DNA of 64,000 nt, taken from positions 1-64,000 of the forward strand of contig JNEM01011122.1 in NCBI GenBank assembly GCA_000697335.1, given 5' to 3'. The translations under genes were made by a program, and so were the position numbers. Shown piece after piece: positions 63,771 to 64,000 of the stretch (positions are counted from its first letter, which is position 1; every line of letters starts with the position of its first letter). This DNA comes from Conidiobolus incongruus B7586. Taxonomy: Eukaryota. The notes under the pieces were generated by a model. The model did no database searches and was not told where the DNA came from. It saw nothing but the letters and a program-made list of their open reading frames with translations.

Positions 63771-64000
63771 TTTGATTAATTAAATCAATAAATAAATATA
63801 AGAATTGGATAAAAATACGAGAACAAAGAGTTCAGCCTCAAGTATTTATACATCCATGAAATTCCGATTATAGGATGAATATTAATTTGCACATATTCAT
63901 TAAAAATTGGCAAAGGTCATGGATTGATGAAAGGTCAAATTTTTAAAATTATCAATCTAGTGTAACTTGAATTGGACCTAAAATAAGGCATAATATCACG

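Overview
Very AT-rich eukaryotic (fungal) DNA with short GT-AG introns of about 50-70 nt. An early-diverging fungus of the Conidiobolus/Entomophthorales type is my inference from gene content and style; it cannot be proven from this window. The window has two parts. (1) About 1-30 kb is gene-sparse and rich in transposon relics. It holds six decayed copies of one ~1.3-kb DD34D mariner element, a fragment of a second mariner, and a 334-bp solo LTR. The mariner copies are riddled with C>T/G>A transitions and are largely missed by the ORF track. The genes here have intronless coding regions: three class-A-like 7TM receptors, a PHO85 CDK, and an HSL-family esterase with a decayed paralog. (2) About 31-64 kb is gene-dense and mostly intron-containing: GTPBP1 (16 exons, with a 12-nt P-loop microexon), RNR1, cytochrome c1, a DCAF8/6-like WD40 protein, two peroxisomal SCP2 proteins, an AT-hook protein, an orphan, an Sds3-like protein, a ZFAND2/Cuz1-like AN1 protein ending in CaaX, a HERP-like UBL membrane protein, and a Cys-rich GPI-type protein with a pseudogenised tandem twin. 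Best leads: repeat-restricted transition hypermutation (possible RIP-like or methylation-driven defence), an animal-type mariner in a fungus, and receptor duplication inside the mariner-rich block. All exon models and alignments were made by eye.
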